The notes: generated from the sequence alone by a model not told the origin. 64,000 nt of DNA from an uncultured Planctomycetota bacterium (GCA_963845755.1 CAWJTV010000005.1:160001-224000), one strand, 5' to 3'; numbered from the stretch's first letter, positions 35,616 to 45,379 are shown. Numbers and translations are program-made.

Positions 35616-36569
35616 TCGAGTTTTGTAATTGTTGCGAACCTGGATCATCCATCGTCACAAGCTTTCTGCCAAAGGCTGGATCCTGATGGTTCTATTCTAA
35701 TGTATAGCGAGTCGGATTCCATCCGAGGATTCCGTTTTGGGACATGGACCCAAGTTGGTGAGGACCTATGGTTTTGGGTGAGTGCAATCGATCACAGGCG
35801 CAGGCTCGATGGAGGGTTGCAATCATCCAGTAAGTCCGCCAGCCAACGATCGAAGTCCTCGGCGATCCCCACGGGGACAGCGCGGTAGTGGGATTGCCGG
35901 TCCCCAGGACCCCCTCAACGCCGCGAAGTACGGGGACTACCCGGCGCCCGGCTCGTTCGACTCCCAGGGACCGGCCTGAGGCGCGGATCGTGGCACAACG
36001 TGGCACGCTCAGTCATAAAAGGAGAACGCGCCCCTCCCTGATCTTGTTGGCCGGAACCGAGTTCGGTACGAACGCCTGCCGGGTCAATCCGGTCGAGTTT
36101 GGCGACCGGTCGCCGACGGGTTATGGTATCCCCGGACATGAGTTTTTGGCGCCTCGGAGACGGCGGGAAAGTGATTGTGCGCACCTCTACTTTTCAGTAT
36201 GCCTCAACTTTGGAAAACCGTTAATGCACCTAGTCACGGATGCACGATTTTTGCGCCCGAACGATAAACAGCGGTAAGAGATAGAGATTTTCGCAAAAAA
36301 AAATTGATAGGAGACTGCGCGGCTGCGTCGGCCTCTTGACGGCAGAGGAAGGAATGGAGGACTGGTGTGAACCGAGCGGAGGGCCTCCTCGCGGCCAGCT
36401 CGGCGCCAGCGCTGACGGGCACGGGGACGGATGGTTTTCGGCGAGGACTCTCTACATTCGTCGCGTTTTTCCAGGACCATGATGACTGCGCGGCTGCATT
36501 CTGCTCGAGGCTCGCGGTCGTGGTTCGTCCGACGGTTGAAACGTCTGACCCTCGTCGTGGAAGATACGA

Positions 36570-38654
36570 TCACACGATCGCCCAGAAGGGGCGCCCATCG
36601 GGGGTTCGCTTCGGGTGAAGTCGAATGCGCGATCGGGGATCGGTGTTCTGCCCCAGCAGGTGATACATGTCGTAGAGGACGCCGTGAGCCTCGGCGAAGT
36701 AACCGTGCCCGAGGATGGAGAGGTCCAACCCGGTGACCTCGACCGTATCGATGCCATCGACGACCGTGACCGGCGGGGCATACCCCACGCGATCGAACTG
36801 GTGAATCCAGTGCGAGGCTTCCAGGGCGCGGTCGCGAGCGGAGACATAGAGCGTTGTCCGCTCCGAAATCTTGGGATAGAGGGTTGCCAGGTCGCGGAAA
36901 AGGCCGACGTCGAGATCGGGAGCTGCGAGGAACATCTGGCCGAAGCGAATTCCCGCCGTTGAGGCTGCCTGGGCTGTGATCCGCTGGATCGCCCGCAATA
37001 GGCCGCGGTTGCCCATGCTGTGGGCGATCACGTGAAGGCGGGCCGCGCCGCTGTCGGTCGCGAGGTGGACGAGGAAATCAGTGATCGCGGCCTCGCTGGC
37101 CTCGATGCTGGCTTCATCGGAAGCATAGCCTTTGAGTGCGCCCCGCGACGGCCAACTGAAGAACGACATCGCGCCCGGGACTTTCAGGTCGAAGCCGATC
37201 TGGGCCGCGCGGATGGCTGCCTCGTCGAACGAGACGTTGTATCCGTGCAGATAGACAAGGACCTGCGGCTCATCAGCATCGTCCGGGGTCAGCTCGCGCC
37301 GGATGGCCTTCCAGAATGCGTCCCTGGCGATCTCATCCCGCTGGACGATGCGGAGCCGATCATCTTTCCAGATGAGCCAGCGCTTCCACCAGGCGGAGCC
37401 GACCGAACCGAACTGGTGCGACTTGGGGATCGCGACCAGACATTTCCCGTAATGAACGACGTTCTGACTCTCGCGATCGCCGGAATACCCCGCGGACGTA
37501 TCGGACGAATCGCGATAACTCCGATTGGTACCGTACCAGACCGGGTAGACGCGAGGGAGACTCGCATCGGCGCTGTATTTCGCGACGCTGGTTCCTCCGG
37601 CCTCAAGCCCTTTCGACGACCCGCCGCCACCCTTCTTGGGACGATGGCCACCCATCCCAACGAACTCCAAGCCCTCCGAGTCAATCTCACGGGTGATCTC
37701 ATTCCGATCGCCCAGGATGATGATGTTGCCGGAGACATCTCCGCCGGCGGCGAATGACCGTTCCCCGATGGCCTGGACGATCCGCCCGATGGTCACATGG
37801 GCTTGCTTTTCGTAGGCCGACCACCCACCCGCCGGGAGTCCCTTACCACCGCGGAGGAGCGCCACGGGGAAGTCCGTCGTGGCGTTGTAATCGAAGTGCG
37901 GCTCTTGCTCGGCGTTGCAAAGTTTCCGAGCACTCTCGGGCACGGCCTTGCCCAGGTAATTCATCAGGTCGGAGAGTTTGACGGTCGTTTCGCCCGGCCG
38001 ATTGTTGGCACCTTGCAGGGCCTCGATGAGGTGGTAGGTGTAGACGCTCATCGTCCCATCGGGCCGCACCCACGACTTTTGTTGGCCACCCGATGAGGTG
38101 AAGACGGCTCGCCCCGCGCCCTGTTTGAGCACATCAACCACCGCCTTGGGTGGGGGCGCCGGGACAAGATCCTTGGGGAACTTGATGGCGGCTTGACCCC
38201 CTTTGGCCGTGGCCATACCCTCGGCGTGGCAGCAATCCAGGATTGCCAGCAGCCGCTCTGCCTTGATCCGGCGCAGTAGCTTGATGAACTCCGGTGCCGG
38301 AATGGCCGAGCGGGGAACGTCGAGCGGATCGGCGTCATGAGGGATCAGGAAGTAGCGGCTGGTCCCCTTATTGAGCCAGCCATGGCCGGAAAAGTAGACG
38401 ACCGCGGTCGCGTGCGGGTCGGCGGCGACTTGCTGGGCCAGCCAGTCCAGTCCCTCAAGGATCGCGTCGCGAGTGGCCTGTCGATCGTGAAGCAGCCGCA
38501 CATGGTCTTCGGGATAGGCGCAGAGGCTCTGGTCGATGAGCACGGCCTGGATCGCCTGGGCGTCCTTCACGGTCACTGGGAGTGACCACTTATCGTACTG
38601 GGCCTGCCCGACGCCGATGAGCAGGGCGTATCCTTGATCGAAGGTCTCGGCCAT
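36570..38654 (-). CDS. caspase-like (peptidase C14) domain + amyloid-like linker motif + DUF900-type alpha/beta hydrolase
   Basis: Intact ORF; YALLIGV, VVYFSGHG (His), ILDCCH (Cys); then VWYGTNR, VYLHGYN, FSWPS, IAHSMG (Ser), LAAPD and GHGYF. Confidence 0.92.
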   Translation of the reverse strand: MAETFDQGYALLIGVGQAQYDKWSLPVTVKDAQAIQAVLIDQSLCAYPEDHVRLLHDRQATRDAILEGLDWLAQQVAADPHATAVVYFSGHGWLNKGTSRYFLIPHDADPLDVPRSAIPAPEFIKLLRRIKAERLLAILDCCHAEGMATAKGGQAAIKFPKDLVPAPPPKAVVDVLKQGAGRAVFTSSGGQQKSWVRPDGTMSVYTYHLIEALQGANNRPGETTVKLSDLMNYLGKAVPESARKLCNAEQEPHFDYNATTDFPVALLRGGKGLPAGGWSAYEKQAHVTIGRIVQAIGERSFAAGGDVSGNIIILGDRNEITREIDSEGLEFVGMGGHRPKKGGGGSSKGLEAGGTSVAKYSADASLPRVYPVWYGTNRSYRDSSDTSAGYSGDRESQNVVHYGKCLVAIPKSHQFGSVGSAWWKRWLIWKDDRLRIVQRDEIARDAFWKAIRRELTPDDADEPQVLVYLHGYNVSFDEAAIRAAQIGFDLKVPGAMSFFSWPSRGALKGYASDEASIEASEAAITDFLVHLATDSGAARLHVIAHSMGNRGLLRAIQRITAQAASTAGIRFGQMFLAAPDLDVGLFRDLATLYPKISERTTLYVSARDRALEASHWIHQFDRVGYAPPVTVVDGIDTVEVTGLDLSILGHGYFAEAHGVLYDMYHLLGQNTDPRSRIRLHPKRTPDGRPFWAIV
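37701..37772 (-). other. putative amyloid signalling motif in the effector (AIGERSFAAGGDVSGNIIILGDRN)
   Basis: Sits between the caspase and hydrolase domains; 13/24 identical, ungapped, to 42137..42208. Confidence 0.75.
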
Positions 38655-38693
38655 GAACACCTCGCGATTGGGGTGGTTCGCTCCGTCCGTGGC

Positions 38694-41600
38694 TCACGGC
38701 CACCAGCGGCCGACTTCTTCGATTGCAGTACAGGTCTCGGCGATCGCTTCTGAACCGCCCAGGCGCGGGATCAGCGGCGCGAGCGACGCGAGGTCGGAAA
38801 GGAGGTCGCTGCGCGATCGCGTCGCGAGAAGTCGGAGCGTTTCTGACCAAAGTAGGGACAGCCGTGTGTGTGGCAGCGCCGCCAGCCGGGGTGCCACTGC
38901 CGTCAGGGCAGCAGCCCGGGACTCGTTGTGCTGAATATCCCGCGCCACCGCCGACGCCTCATCCACTCGACCCAGCGCCGCTAGTGTACGAGCCAGCACC
39001 CAGTCGTCGCCGATCCGCCTCGCGTTTGCCAGTGCGTCATCGGTCTGGCCCAACTCCGCCAGGCGGGGTAACAGCGCTGCCAGGGCGTGTACGCGGCCTA
39101 ACTCGTCGCCGGTGCTCCGTGCTATCGCCATCGCCGCCTCCACTTGACTCAGCTCCGTCAGGCGCGGCGCCACCGACGCCAAGGCGGCGACCCGGGCCCA
39201 CGGGTCGCCTGACTCTCGTGCGATCCCTAGCGCCTCATCCACTTCACCGATCGTAGCCAGGCCCTGGCCCGAGCCCACTCCCGCTCGATCCCCCGCGCCA
39301 GCAACAGTGCCTCCTCAAGCCGACCCACATCCGCCAATCGAGGCGCCAACTCCGCGAGAGCGAAGGCCCGGGCAGACTCATCGGCGACCCCATGCGCCAG
39401 ACTCAACGCTTGCTCGAACCGGCCCGCATCCGCCAGCCGGGCGCCAACTCTGCGAGGGCGAAAGCCCGGGCCGACTCGTCGCTGATCCCCCGGGCCAATG
39501 CCAACGCGTCATCGACCTGACCGAGCTCCCCAAGGGCGCGGGCCCGGGCCGACTCGTCGCCGATCCTCCGTGCCATCACGAGCGCATCATTGGTCCGACC
39601 CAACCTCGCCAGGTGGGGTGCAAACTTCGCCAGGACATTGTCGCGGGTTCGTTCGTCACCGATCCCCCGGACCACCGTGAGCGCCTCCTTCACCCGATCC
39701 GCATCCGCCAGGCGGGGCCAATGCTCCCAGGTCCCGGGCACGCTGCCACTCGTTTTTGATCTCCCGCACTGCTCGTATCGCTTCATCGACTCGGCCTGCG
39801 TCCGCCAGCCGGGCGCCAGGTTCGCTCGTGCAGCAGCCCGAGCCTGCACGGGTTCGATCTCCATCACTACTCCAATGCCCTATCCAACTGTCCGAGTTCC
39901 GCCAGGCGAGGCATCAGCGCCACAAGCGGCAAGGATTTGAGCGCCCATCGTCCTCGATCGTCGAGTGCCACCGCGAGCGACCGCCTGACCCGATCCGCAT
40001 CCGGCAGAAGGCGCCATCTTCACCAGGGCGAGGGCCCGGGACCCCTCGTTCGGATCTCCCGGGCCACCGCCAGCGCCTCATCCGCCTGACCAATCGCCGC
40101 CAGGCGCAGGCCCGAGCCCACTCAGGCCCGATTCCGGCGTAAGCGCCATCGCGACATCGACCCCGACCAGTGCCGCGAGTCGTGGCGCCAGCGCCGCCAG
40201 GGCACCGGCCCGGCACCCTTCGTCATCGATTCGCCGCGCCGCCGCCAGCGCCCGGTTCGACATGGGCGGGCTCCGCCAAGTGAGGAGCCATCTCCTCAAT
40301 AGCGATGGCCCGGGTGCTTTCGGCGGCGATTCCGCCTGCCACCGCCAGCCGCCTCATCCACGTGACCGAGCTTTGCCAAGGCGACGGCCCGCATCCTGCT
40401 CACCCCCGATTCTCCGCGCCGCCGCCAACGCCTTTTGCAGCACCGTCCGCCTCTCGTGGTGATCGTAGATGGGGGGTGATCCCGATGATGGCATCGACTC
40501 CTTCTTCCGGTGGCAAAGACCGGCGTAGGCAAGGCCCTGCGAAGCGGACCAGATCCCTTTCTCAACAAAGGCGGCGAGCAGGGCCGGAGGGATCTTCCGA
40601 GCCAGGCTATTGAGGGACGTGGACATCAAGGCATAACGAATCTCCAGTCCGATGCATGCCTTGTGCTGGCTCGGCTCGGCGCCCGGCCGATCGACGACTT
40701 GCACCAGTCGTGCGGCCCGATCAAGTCGTTCATGTACCCCGACGCGGGCTGGTCCAGACGTGCTCGCGGGACTGTGTACCAGACATTCTCAGTACGGACC
40801 GAACCACAGTCCTCGGCCCCGTCGACCCGCCTCTCTAGTCGGAGCAAGCGGTGGAGGTCGTCGAAGCGGCCGGCCCGTTCGAGGTGCTCGGCCATATGCC
40901 GCAGGCCGTAGCCATCGAGATCCACTCTTCTGCGGGGTCGAACAAGGCGGGAAGGCCCGCGTCCAGGCCACCCCAGGCGAGACAGGTAGAGGGTCGCGAC
41001 CCGATCGTGCGTCGCGCCGAGGTGGACCATGTCTTCCTCGTCCAAGAAATCGACAAACGACTGGTGAACGACGCGCCATCGCTTGCGGTCGGCCTCTGGC
41101 ATCATGGCTCAGGAATCGTCGCCATCGTCTCAGCGCCGCGTTCCTCGATCTCTGCGGGCGAGCGGTTGACCCACGAAGGCCAGCCAGGATGCCGACACCG
41201 CCTCGCGGGCCGCGGCCAGGAATGCGATCACGGGTTTATAGAGACTCTCCCACTCGGCCCAGCCCTCCTGGCCCCGCACCTGCTCCATCTGCTTCCAGAA
41301 CTGCTGATAGTAGCCCCGCAGGCCGAGCGGGAGTGACTCGAGGTCGAGCGGGTCGAAACCCGGCTCGCGCGCGGCGATGTCGGCCAGGACGTAGTCGAGA
41401 TACTTGAAATTGCCCTCGCTCTTGTCCTTCAGGAACGCAACGAATTGCTCGATCGAGATCGGCGGTTTCGCTGCCTCCCGCGCCTGGAGGATCTCAGGCT
41501 GGTCTGCCTCCTGGTTGAGATAGGCGACGAGATCCTCCTGCTGGGCGGCGTCGTCGGAGGTGATGAGGTAGTCCTCGTCGGCCGTGCCCGCATCGGTCGT

Positions 41601-42754
41601 GAGAGAGATCTCGCCGGGGCGATGGGTCAGGAGCATGTAGACGCCGCGCAGGGAGCCGAGTCGGGAGCAGCAGCGTGTTGCGGCCCGGCTCGAGGGGATC
41701 GGCCTCATCGAGGGCGTCAACGACGATCCAGACCGGCCCCTCTGCCTTGGCGGCGGCCTCGGAGAGCACCTTGCCCAGGAACGACGAGTCCTCGCCCGCG
41801 CGGGCCGGCAGGTGGTCGTGGGCCAGGCCGAAGCGGGCAATCAATTCAACGGCGAGGTGGTTGAGGCACTGGTCGGGACGGGTCAGGCCGCCGACTGGCA
41901 ATGGTGAAGAAGGCGGGCGCTTTCAGCCGCTTGGATGCTTCCGCGGCGATCGCCGTCTTGCCCAGGCCGGCGTCGGCCACGACCCGGAAATAACCGCAGG
42001 GATGCCGCTTGGCGAAGGCGTCCAGGCGTCGGAAAAGTTCAGCCCGGCCGACGAATCGCTCTGACACCTTCTTGATCAGGTCATCGAAGTCGATGGCATA
42101 GTCTTTGAGCGAAGGGTAGAGTTTGACGATGGTCTGGTAGACGTCGCCGATCTGAAAGACGTTATCCCGAGCATCGCCGCCGATCGCGAAAGCTCGTTCC
42201 CCGATGGCTTTCGCCACGTGGGCTGGAGAAGGAAGTTCTTCGATCTCGGTCCGAGCCATTTCCTCGGTCGCCCCCCCAGTGTCGTGCTCGGAAAGCCACT
42301 GGCCCAGATCGGTTGCGACCTTGGCTTGCAGATCATCGGGATCGCAAAAACGCGTGGCGTTGCCGCTCTGGATCAGCTCGGACGCAAGGCCGGATCGCGC
42401 TGCCGATGACTTGGACTTTCCCCTCCCGCGCTTGGCGGCCGTCTTTGGCTCATCCTTGACATAGATCAGACAGCGTAACTCGTGCTGATTCGCGCGGCGG
42501 TACTCCGGTTCGAAATGGATTGCGGACGCCTGACCGCCAAGGAAGCCGATGTAGAGCTGGCCCCGGGACGGTTCGAACGGCCTTGTGCCCGTCCCCTCAT
42601 CGTCGTCGAAGGCGACCCACTCCAATCCGGGGAAAGTCGTCTCGCGGAGCCGCATCAGGGTTCGCTCGACCGCCGCGCGCTCCGGCGCCAGTTTGGACGG
42701 CACGGAGCCGAGCACGATTCGGATGAGTCTCGGTCGGTCCGTTCCGGCTTCCAT
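38694..42754 (-). CDS. NLR-like STAND ATPase: degenerate DUF4062-like domain, amyloid-like motif, NACHT-like NTPase, helical/WH domain, TPR-like repeats; many frameshifts
   Basis: Walker A VVADAGLGKT (~41954-41977); Walker B IVVDALDE (~41705-41730); SEGNFKYL; LPLGLRGYY; VHQSFVDFL; YGLRHMAEHL; repeats ARRIGDESARARAL; C-terminus EVGRWWP. Confidence 0.8.
42137..42208 (-). other. putative amyloid signalling motif in the NLR (AIGERAFAIGGDARDNVFQIGDVY)
   Basis: Just N-terminal to the NTPase region; matches 37701..37772 including an identical 14-nt stretch gccatcggggaacg. Confidence 0.75.
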
Positions 42755-42946
42755 CGGTCTCCTTCGGACTCGCGGTGCGTCGCGGCCCTCTCGACCATCA
42801 CATGCGCAATCCGATTATCCAGTCTCAATCGACCTGCGGCAACGACCAAGTCGAGAGCAGCTCCGAGGTGTCTTCGGTTGACGAGGGCCACATCGTCAAT
42901 GGGAGCGCTGCGCGGAAACCTTGCCGGGAAGTGGCCGAGACAGATG

Positions 42947-43119
42947 AGCCCGGGGCAACGCCCCGGAACCGCGTCGCCGACCCCAAGCCCAGCCCTGAAA
43001 GGGCGAGACAAGCCGGGCCGGCGGCCTTCATCTGTGCCGCCCTTTCAGGGCCTCCTCGGAGGACGACCCTGGTTCCCGGGGCGTTGCCCCGGGCTAGTAT
43101 GTTGCGGCCCCTTCGGGGC
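42947..43119. repeat. composite REP/MITE-like element with nested inverted repeats
   Basis: Outer arms agcccggggcaacgccccggaacc / ggttcccggggcgttgccccgggct; inner arms gccctgaaagggcg / cgccctttcagggc; terminal hairpin gccccttcggggc. Confidence 0.85.
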
Positions 43120-43148
43120 GGGGAGAACGATTCTCCGATCTGTGTGTC

Positions 43149-43310
43149 TCAGTTATCACTTTCCCCCTTGCGTGGACCTATTTGGGCCGGAAGAAGTTCA
43201 GGAGCATCTCGTTCCAAGTTGGGATCGAGGTAGCGGAGGGCGTCGCCGGAATGGACCTCCGGCACGAACCACTTGATCACGATGCTGGAATCGACGACAA
43301 GCCGGCTCAC
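43149..43310 (-). pseudogene. vapC: truncated VapC/PIN toxin (53 codons)
   Basis: Hand translation from GTG 43310: VSRLVVDSSIVIKWFVPEVHSGDALRYLDPNLERDAPELLPAQIG..., matching the PIN N-terminus VVDAS..IKW...E; not in the ORF track. Confidence 0.7.
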
Positions 43311-43706
43311 CGGAGGCGATCCTCGGCCACCAGGAGAGCGCTGTCGCTTTGTGGCCGGCCCGCGAGGCTATGAAGGCTGGCCTCGGCGCGCTCGCGGGTT
43401 GCGATTGCCTCGCCGCGCCGCCTCGTCACGTCGTGCCGGTGCCGGAACCCATTCGAGGTTCGTCCGTTCGCAATTCAGACGGTTGCCGTCTTTGAATCGG
43501 ACGACATGGCCCGGTGGCCGTGGGCCGACCAACGCCTCCAGGACCAGCTCGGCCAGTAGCCGCGTCTGTGGTCGTCCTTGATCATGATAGAGGGAGATGA
43601 TCTTGTTGCCCTCGACGTCTACGATGGCCGGAACCTGAACCCACTCGTCCCGGCGATCAGAATCGTGTCCCGGTGGATCGGTCCTGTGCTGAGGCTGGGT
43701 GGACAT
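43307..43706 (-). CDS. putative antitoxin: degenerate HNH_3-like domain + VapB/FitA-like C-terminal tail (frameshift near 43410)
   Basis: LVLEALVGPRPPGHVVRFKDGNRLNCERTNLEWV, then in the shifted frame LAGRPQSDSALLVAEDRLR*; stop overlaps the vapC start (GTGA). Confidence 0.6.
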
Positions 43707-43890
43707 GCGAATGAACTCCGTACGTGGGGCAATCGTGCCACGCACCATGATGACGCCGGATCGGTCGGCTTGAAAGGCTGCCTCCAGGGGAAACGTCATG
43801 TCGCTTTCCCATCGCCTCCGGGTCAACAACCTATTAGAATCGTGGGGAAATGGTGCGAGAGCTAGGGCGATCCTCGGGGGGGCGACGCCG

Positions 43891-44462
43891 ATGAGCGAAG
43901 TGAGTGGACTCCTGGAGGCGATCGGCCGGGGTGAGCCGCAACGGGCGCGCGAGCTGTTGCCCATCGTTTATGAGGAGCTGCGAAAGCTCGCCGAGGCCAG
44001 GCTCGCCCGTGAGCCGACGGACAGACCCTCCAGGCGACCGCGCTGGTCCACGAGGCCTTCCTCCGGCTGGTCGGCGACGGGGACGGCCCGGCCTGGGAGA
44101 ATCGCGGCCACTTCTTCGCCGCCGCAGCCGAGGCGATGCGGCGCATCCTCGTCGAGAAGGCCCGGCATAAGCGTCGAAGACGCCATGGCGGCGGGCTCCA
44201 ACGTGTCAACCTCGACCAGGTCGCTCTCGGCGACGACGACGCGGCCGGCGATCTGCTGGCACTCCACGAGGCCCTCGATCAGCTCGCCGCCGAGGAGCCG
44301 GTCGCCGCCGAGGTCGTCAAGCTCCGCTATTTCGCCGGCCTGACCACCGAGCAGGCTGCCTCGGCCCTCGACATATCCCTGCGCACTGCCAACCGCCACT
44401 GGGCCTACGCCCGCGCCTGGCTCCACCAGCGTCTCAACTCTGCGGGCGACACGCCGGCTTGA
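43891..44462 (+). CDS. ECF sigma factor, planctomycete kinase-associated type; frameshift near 44020
   Basis: MSEVSGLL..., LLPIVYEELRKLA, TLQATALVHEAFLRL, HFFAAAAEAMRRILV, VVKLRYFAGL, WAYARAWL. Confidence 0.93.
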
Positions 44463-44604
44463 AATCCGGGAAAAAACCCACACTTCTCGCAGAAGACCAC
44501 CATGCCGCCTGCATAACTCGTTCCGACCGTCCTCTGTGGAAACGAGTTTTTCTCATTGCGGCGTCAATAGTTACGTCGAGAGCCGGTGGTCTTCGGCGAG
44601 AAGT

Positions 44605-44660
44605 CTCAAAAGAATCTCGGTCGTCGTGGCACGTTCCCGGCGCGCACGTCGCATTGTGTC
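44605..44660 (+). promoter_or_regulatory. candidate ECF-dependent promoter region for the repeat-protein gene
   Basis: Positional inference only: spacer downstream of the sigma gene containing gtggc...cgcattg, ~150 bp before the next start. Confidence 0.25.
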
Positions 44661-44808
44661 CCGGATCGATCGCCGGATGGTAGACGCCCTCGCCGAGGGC
44701 GAAGAGGCTCTGTAGACGGGCAAACATCGGAGTGCGATCGGTCCCAGGGTCTCGGGTGATGGTCGCCCGACGCCGCCGCTCGAAAAACTTCGGAAACAGG
44801 AGACGACA

Positions 44809-45379
44809 GTGATGTTCATCTTCCCGATCTCCCGTCGCCAGACTGACCGTCCCCACGTCCGACTACCTCGGGCCCGCCGCCCACTCGTCGAGAACCTCGA
44901 AGGCCGGCGACTCCTCTCGGGCATCCAGGGCAACCACATCGGTGTGATGAGTGTCGCGCCGGCGATCGTGGGCCAACACATCGGCACCGCGGCCATCCAG
45001 GGCAACCACATCGGCACCCCGGCGATCGTGGGCCAACACATCGGCAGAGCGCACCGAGGTCGTCCAGGGCAAGCACATCGGCACGGACGTCGCCCCGGCC
45101 ATCCTGGGCAACCACATCGGCACCCCGGCGATCGTGGGCCAACACATCGGCACCGCGGCCATCCAGGGCAACCACATCGGCACCCCGGCGATCGTGGGCC
45201 AACACATCGGCATGGGCGTCACCCAGGTCGTCCAGCGCAAGCACGTCGGCGAGGATGTCGTCCCGGCCGTCCAGGCGCCCCCCGCTCCTGGTAACTTCTC
45301 AATGACCGTAGGAAACCACCTCGGCAGGGGCGTCACCCCGGCCATCGTGGGCGACGACATCGGCCATAATCTCATGTGA
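44809..45379 (+). CDS. small planctomycete LExRxLLS-motif protein made of GxHIG repeats; frameshift near 45050
   Basis: AGGAGA SD; RRPLVENLEGRRLLS, then 12 units such as IQGNHIG and IVGQHIG. Confidence 0.8.
44921..45212. repeat. 30-bp coding tandem repeats (two alternating unit types)
   Basis: ggcaccccggcgatcgtgggccaacacatc and ggcaccgcggccatccagggcaaccacatc; block ~44958-45045 recurs at ~45125-45212. Confidence 0.9.

Noticed and set aside
35700..36560. Possible ncRNA, integrase remnant or third gene of the NLR operon
   Set aside because: No convincing ORF, tRNA/att site or known RNA structure seen by eye; a covariance-model search would be needed.
42780..42940. Possible C-terminal half of vapC beyond the palindromic element
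   Set aside because: The translation (IDDVALVNRRHLGAALDLVV...) lacks the conserved YD and TxD PIN motifs.
43368..43706. Active HNH homing endonuclease
   Set aside because: The expected catalytic His is replaced (VVRFKDG) and there is no intron or intein context; reinterpreted as a degenerate domain.
44921..45212. Possible CRISPR array
   Set aside because: Units are contiguous 30-bp coding repeats without unique spacers; no cas genes in the window.
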